The translations under genes were made by a program, and so were the position numbers. A stretch of DNA of 64,000 nt, taken from positions 53,132 to 117,131 of the forward strand of contig JAFUXF010000004.1 of assembly GCA_017477185.1 (NCBI GenBank). Reading direction: 5' to 3'. Positions 59,802-64,000 of this stretch are shown here, piece by piece (within the stretch, counting starts at the first letter, position 1; every line of letters starts with the position of its first letter). The stretch comes from Alphaproteobacteria bacterium (GTDB lineage: Bacteria; Pseudomonadota; Alphaproteobacteria; RF32; CAG-239). The notes under the pieces were generated by a model. The model was not told where the DNA came from and made no database searches. It saw nothing but the letters and a program-made list of their open reading frames with translations.

Positions 59802-61613
59802 ATGAATTATACAGAACCGCCCATTTTAACAGTTAAGGGTATTCGATTAGCATTTGGTACAAATCAGTTATTTTCAAATGTTGAGTTCGCCATTAATCGT
59901 GGTGATAAAATTTCATTGGTTGGGCGTAATGGAAGTGGTAAATCAACTTTATTAAAGGTTATCTCCGGTGTGCAGGAGGCTGATGATGGAGAGATTTTTG
60001 TGCAACCCCATACAAAAATTTCATATATGCCGCAAGAGCCAGATTTTTCAAAATATAAAACTTTGCGCGATGTTGTCTTATCCGGACTTCCGAAAAGTGA
60101 AGATAATTTGGATTATAAAGCGGATATTTTAATTAGAGAATTGGCAATTAGGGAAGGGCAATCTCCTCAAGAATCTTCCGGTGGTGAGCGTAAAAAAGCA
60201 GCTTTGGCAAAAGCCTTAATCGGTGAACCGGATATTTTGTTGTTGGATGAGCCGACAAACCATTTAGATATGCCGACTATTGAAAAATTGGAAAATGTTA
60301 TTCGGGATTTTAAGGGAGCGGTGGTTGTTATCAGCCATGATCGCATGTTTTTGAACCATGTTTCAGAAAAGATGTTTTGGTTAGATCGCGGTATTTTGCG
60401 CCAAAATAACAGAGGTTTTGAATTTTTTGAAGATTGGCAAGAGCAGGTTATTAATCAGGAAATTATTGAGCAAAAATATTTAAATAAAAAACTAGAGGAA
60501 GAAACAGAATGGTTGCATAAAGGTGTGACTGCACGACGTAAGCGTAATATGGGAAGGTTGCGTCGTTTACAACAGTTACGACAAGAGCGAAAAGAGCAAC
60601 TGAAACGTGTCGGTTCTATCAATTTAGAGGTGGAAAATGCTGATTTGCGCTCTAAAATGGTTATTGAGGCTAAGCATATTTTTAAAGAATATGGGGAACG
60701 GACTATTGTTAAAGATTTTTCGATACGCGTTATTAAAGGAAATAAAATCGGTATTGTCGGTCCGAATGGCGCCGGAAAAACAACTCTGATTAAATTATTG
60801 ACAAAAAGGTTGGTGCCGGACAGTGGTTTTGTGCGTATTGGTAAAAATTTGGAAGAGGCGTATTTTGATCAAAATCGAGACACCTTGGATCCTAAGAAAA
60901 CTTTGTGGCAGACCTTATGTGATAAGGGAGATCATATTTTTGTGCATGGACATTATCGGCATGTGGTTGCGTATTTGAAAGATTTTCTTTTTAAACCGGA
61001 TCAAGCGAAAATGCCAGTGTCGGCCTTATCCGGTGGTGAAAAAAATCGTTTGATGTTGGCCGTTGCCTTGGCTAAACAATCTAATTTTTTAGTTTTGGAT
61101 GAACCAACTAATGATTTAGATATGGATACGTTAGATTTATTACAAGAAGTTTTATCTGATTATGAAGGGACAGTTTTGATTGTTAGTCATGACCGCGATT
61201 TTTTAGATAGAGTCGTTACATCTATTATTTATATGTCCGGTGACGGAACTGCAACGGAGTATGCCGGCAGTTACTCTGATTTATTGGCAAAACAAAAAAA
61301 TGTTTTACCGAAGATTGCAGATAAAAAGAAAGTTCAAACCAGTAAAATTCCTGAAAGTTCTCGCACAGTAATTAAAAATGCTAAATTAAGTTATTATCAA
61401 CAAAGGTTGCTGGAAGTTTTACCGCAAGAAATAGAACAATTGGTAAAAGAGTTGGAGACTGTTAAAGAGGCTTTGAATGACGCTGATTTATATGTTGAAC
61501 AGCCAGAGGAGTTCAACCGATTGACCCTACGCTATACGGAAATTACGCAAGATATTGAAAATAAAGAAAATCAATGGTTCGAAATTCAAGAGCTGAAGGA
61601 ACAGCTAACATAA
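59802..61613 (+). CDS. uup: ABC-F family ATPase (Uup-like)
   Basis: Two ABC cassettes (GRNGSGKST, LSGGERKK; GPNGAGKTT, LSGGEKNR) and a C-terminal coiled coil. No TM domain. Confidence 0.8.
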   Translation: MNYTEPPILTVKGIRLAFGTNQLFSNVEFAINRGDKISLVGRNGSGKSTLLKVISGVQEADDGEIFVQPHTKISYMPQEPDFSKYKTLRDVVLSGLPKSEDNLDYKADILIRELAIREGQSPQESSGGERKKAALAKALIGEPDILLLDEPTNHLDMPTIEKLENVIRDFKGAVVVISHDRMFLNHVSEKMFWLDRGILRQNNRGFEFFEDWQEQVINQEIIEQKYLNKKLEEETEWLHKGVTARRKRNMGRLRRLQQLRQERKEQLKRVGSINLEVENADLRSKMVIEAKHIFKEYGERTIVKDFSIRVIKGNKIGIVGPNGAGKTTLIKLLTKRLVPDSGFVRIGKNLEEAYFDQNRDTLDPKKTLWQTLCDKGDHIFVHGHYRHVVAYLKDFLFKPDQAKMPVSALSGGEKNRLMLAVALAKQSNFLVLDEPTNDLDMDTLDLLQEVLSDYEGTVLIVSHDRDFLDRVVTSIIYMSGDGTATEYAGSYSDLLAKQKNVLPKIADKKKVQTSKIPESSRTVIKNAKLSYYQQRLLEVLPQEIEQLVKELETVKEALNDADLYVEQPEEFNRLTLRYTEITQDIENKENQWFEIQELKEQLT

Positions 61614-61625
61614 TATATGGAATTA

Positions 61626-62225
61626 TTATTGGTTTATAATTTGTTCTAAAATTTGGCGATTTTGTAGTACAACAGTTTCTTCTTTTGGGGTAATACCGGC
61701 GTACCTTATTTCTCTGTCTTGATAATATCTGATTTCTTCAGCACGTTGGTGAAGTTGAGCTGCCTGTTGCTCGGCAATTTCATTTTGAGGATTGCTCTTT
61801 GATATTTTTTCAAACTGGATGGCCTGTCGATCTAATTCGTCAGCTTCACGAAGTTTCTCTTCTCGTTGCAGAATATATTTTAGAGTATCTTTAATTCGAT
61901 GTTGCACATAAACAAAGCGAGCAGGACGCCAATTGCGCACTAAAAACCACTCGTGAATGTCTTTATCTAAGGTTTCTTCAAAATCAGAACGGAGTGCCCA
62001 CTCCCAATCAAGATGATAATTTTCTTGAATAAATGCTTGTTTTACATTGAGATAACGATAAAATTCATCTTCTGAAAATTCGGTTGTATTGGCATTTTGT
62101 ACTTCTTCTTGAAGCATTGTGACATTACTTTCACCCCAAAAACGAAATATAACAGCCGCTATTACCGCAAAAACTACATAAATAGGTTTAATTTCAAGGT
62201 TTTTTAATTTGGTGGAAAGTTTCAT
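61626..62225 (-). CDS. hypothetical membrane-anchored protein
   Basis: Start at MKLSTKL, 1 nt after the upstream stop. Has a single N-terminal TM helix. Confidence 0.5.
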   Translation of the reverse strand: MKLSTKLKNLEIKPIYVVFAVIAAVIFRFWGESNVTMLQEEVQNANTTEFSEDEFYRYLNVKQAFIQENYHLDWEWALRSDFEETLDKDIHEWFLVRNWRPARFVYVQHRIKDTLKYILQREEKLREADELDRQAIQFEKISKSNPQNEIAEQQAAQLHQRAEEIRYYQDREIRYAGITPKEETVVLQNRQILEQIINQ

Positions 62226-62226
62226 T

Positions 62227-63099
62227 TTACCACCGTAAGTTAGAAATAACATAGTCTGGGCTTACATCATAATTGGCGGCCAGTTCACGCGTTTTGGCAA
62301 CATCCGGAATATATCCTTCTCCCAAAAAATTAACGTGTACGCCTTTTGAAATAAGCAGGCTGTCCACATTTAATAATTTTGCGCCTTTGATATCTGTTTG
62401 CAAGCTGTCGCCAATAACCAGAACTTTATCTTTTTTTATGTCTGTTAGGTTATCTAACATATACGCAAACAGTTTGACATCCGGTTTGCCGTAAGTAATG
62501 ATTTTTCCTCCCAGAACGGCGTATTGCTCAGCAAGTGCACCAGTTCCTAAAATGATTTTTCCGTCATGATAAGTAGAGGTATCATTACCAACACAGATTA
62601 AAGGCATATTAAGGCTAGAAGCATGTTCCAGTAAAGGAATATAAGTGTCAATCGTATCGTCACTGTTGGCAATAGATTCGATATATGCAAAATCAGCTTG
62701 AGCTAGAGATGAGGTTTCCTGATAATTGGTTAGCTGATGAAAAATGCCTTTATAATCTTTTTTTCCTAATTTAAAATATTTGTGACCAATACGCGAAAAT
62801 TCTCCGTTTTGGGCTTTGAGTTGATAGTGAATTGCTTCTCCTGCGGTCATCATCCCTTCAAAAACGGCTATAGGAACATTGTTGTCATAGAGAAAACGGA
62901 TAACTGTCTCAACACGCTGATAGGTATTTGATAATAAAAATATATGCATATTGCGTTTTTTCATATTAATCAGGGCTTCAACAGCTTCTTTCTTGATACT
63001 TTGTCCGTCTGTTAAAACACCACGCAGACCCAGAATGACCGTATTATATTTATCTGCAATTTTAGAAAAATTAACAATCGGTTTAATCATTTTAATCAT
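62227..63099 (-). CDS. HAD-superfamily IIA-like hydrolase (motif I apparently lacks the Asp)
   Basis: VLVIGDSLQTDIKGA corresponds to motif IV. The N-terminal VILGLRGVLTDG sits where the family has ..D..GV...G. Confidence 0.6.
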   Translation of the reverse strand: MIKMIKPIVNFSKIADKYNTVILGLRGVLTDGQSIKKEAVEALINMKKRNMHIFLLSNTYQRVETVIRFLYDNNVPIAVFEGMMTAGEAIHYQLKAQNGEFSRIGHKYFKLGKKDYKGIFHQLTNYQETSSLAQADFAYIESIANSDDTIDTYIPLLEHASSLNMPLICVGNDTSTYHDGKIILGTGALAEQYAVLGGKIITYGKPDVKLFAYMLDNLTDIKKDKVLVIGDSLQTDIKGAKLLNVDSLLISKGVHVNFLGEGYIPDVAKTRELAANYDVSPDYVISNLRW

Positions 63100-63281
63100 T
63101 GTTGTAAACTCTATTATATATATTCTTAAATTGTAGAGATACTAGTATATTTTTTATCATAATTCAAGAGTTTTGATAGGATATTTTCGGGTTGTAAATA
63201 AGTTTTGTTTTCGTTTAACTTCTGGACATTTCAAATAAATTGCGATAAGTTGTAAATCAAAGAATTTTAAGGAGATTAAAA

Positions 63282-63959
63282 ATGAAAAAATTGATATTTG
63301 TGTTGGGATTGTTTATCAGCTTTGTGTCATCGGCAATGGCAGAAACCATCTCAACCGATAAATCGGATTTTGCGGAAATCAGCTCGGTAATTACTGATGC
63401 CGCCTTTGATATTCGTTATTATTCTCCGAATAATTTTACCGGCAATAAAATTAACGGCTATAAAGCTCCTCGTGCCTATTTAACAAAAAAAGCTTTAGCC
63501 GCTTTAGCAAAGGCTGCTGATGATTTGCGTCAACAAGGCTATCGGCTATTAATATGGGATTCATATCGCCCGCAAAAGGCTGTCGATAATTTTGTAAAAT
63601 GGATAAATGATGAAAATGACCCCGGCGACAAATCCTTTTATCCTGAGTTAGAAAAATCAAACTTGCTTGCCGGAAATTATATTATGGCTAAATCCGGACA
63701 CACCAGAGGGAGCACCGTTGATTTAACCATTATCAAAAAAGACGGTGGTTTTGTTGACATGGGAGGAACTTTTGACTTGTTCAGTGAGGTTTCTCATCCT
63801 GACTATGAAAATATAACCGATGAGCAAAAACGCAATCGTCAAATTTTGCATGATGCCATGATTAAAGCCGGTTTTAAGGGAATTGATTCCGAATGGTGGC
63901 ACTTTACGCTTAAAGATGAACCCTATCCGGACACATATTTTGACTTTGATGTTGAATAA
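63282..63959 (+). CDS. D-Ala-D-Ala dipeptidase, VanX/DdpX (M15D) family, with a signal peptide
   Basis: DIRYYSPNNFTG, LLIWDSYRP, SGHTRGSTVDLT and SEWWHFTL. Confidence 0.8.
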   Translation: MKKLIFVLGLFISFVSSAMAETISTDKSDFAEISSVITDAAFDIRYYSPNNFTGNKINGYKAPRAYLTKKALAALAKAADDLRQQGYRLLIWDSYRPQKAVDNFVKWINDENDPGDKSFYPELEKSNLLAGNYIMAKSGHTRGSTVDLTIIKKDGGFVDMGGTFDLFSEVSHPDYENITDEQKRNRQILHDAMIKAGFKGIDSEWWHFTLKDEPYPDTYFDFDVE

Positions 63960-64000
63960 TACGATAAATATACGCAAATTTACGGAGATTGAAATGAAAA

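Overview
This is an AT-rich chromosome segment with alphaproteobacterial gene content: an atpI-atpB-atpE-b'-b operon, fliOP, flagellin plus FlbT, a DUF1013/TrcR-like gene, and lgt, queA, pheA, galE, efp, suhB, rpmE and hupB. It is interrupted by an apparently intact temperate prophage of about 31.8 kb at 17555-49361. The prophage sits in the 3' half of tRNA-Val(TAC) and is bounded by a perfect 48-bp direct repeat. Its left half carries a tyrosine integrase, a four-gene overlapping lysis cassette, fibre genes and a short-tailed-type virion module (TerS, TerL, GroES-like, portal, scaffold, capsid). Its right half carries a replication gene with an embedded origin-like repeat region, a lambda-style cro/cI switch and a rightward early operon. 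Two clusters of three copies each of one 17-bp palindromic operator bracket the immunity region. Between those clusters lies the most interesting part of the window, a block of non-essential accessory genes ('morons') that is probably expressed in the lysogen. It holds a lipoprotein and an orphan PemK/MazF-fold protein directly downstream of cI, a GC-rich structured RNA-like stretch, and a SocA/Panacea (DUF4065) antitoxin-like gene. That gene is translationally coupled to an unassigned 123-aa ORF, and imperfect direct repeats flank the pair. Outside the prophage, notable items are a stand-alone 69-aa protein carrying only an NrdD-type glycyl-radical motif behind paired NrdR boxes, and a decayed island next to tRNA-Pro. 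Three enzymes also appear to have substituted catalytic motifs (a GGDEF domain, a histidine phosphatase and a HAD hydrolase), and the DUF1013 protein is fused to a histone-H1-like repeat tail. All family calls come from motifs recognised by eye; no database search was run.
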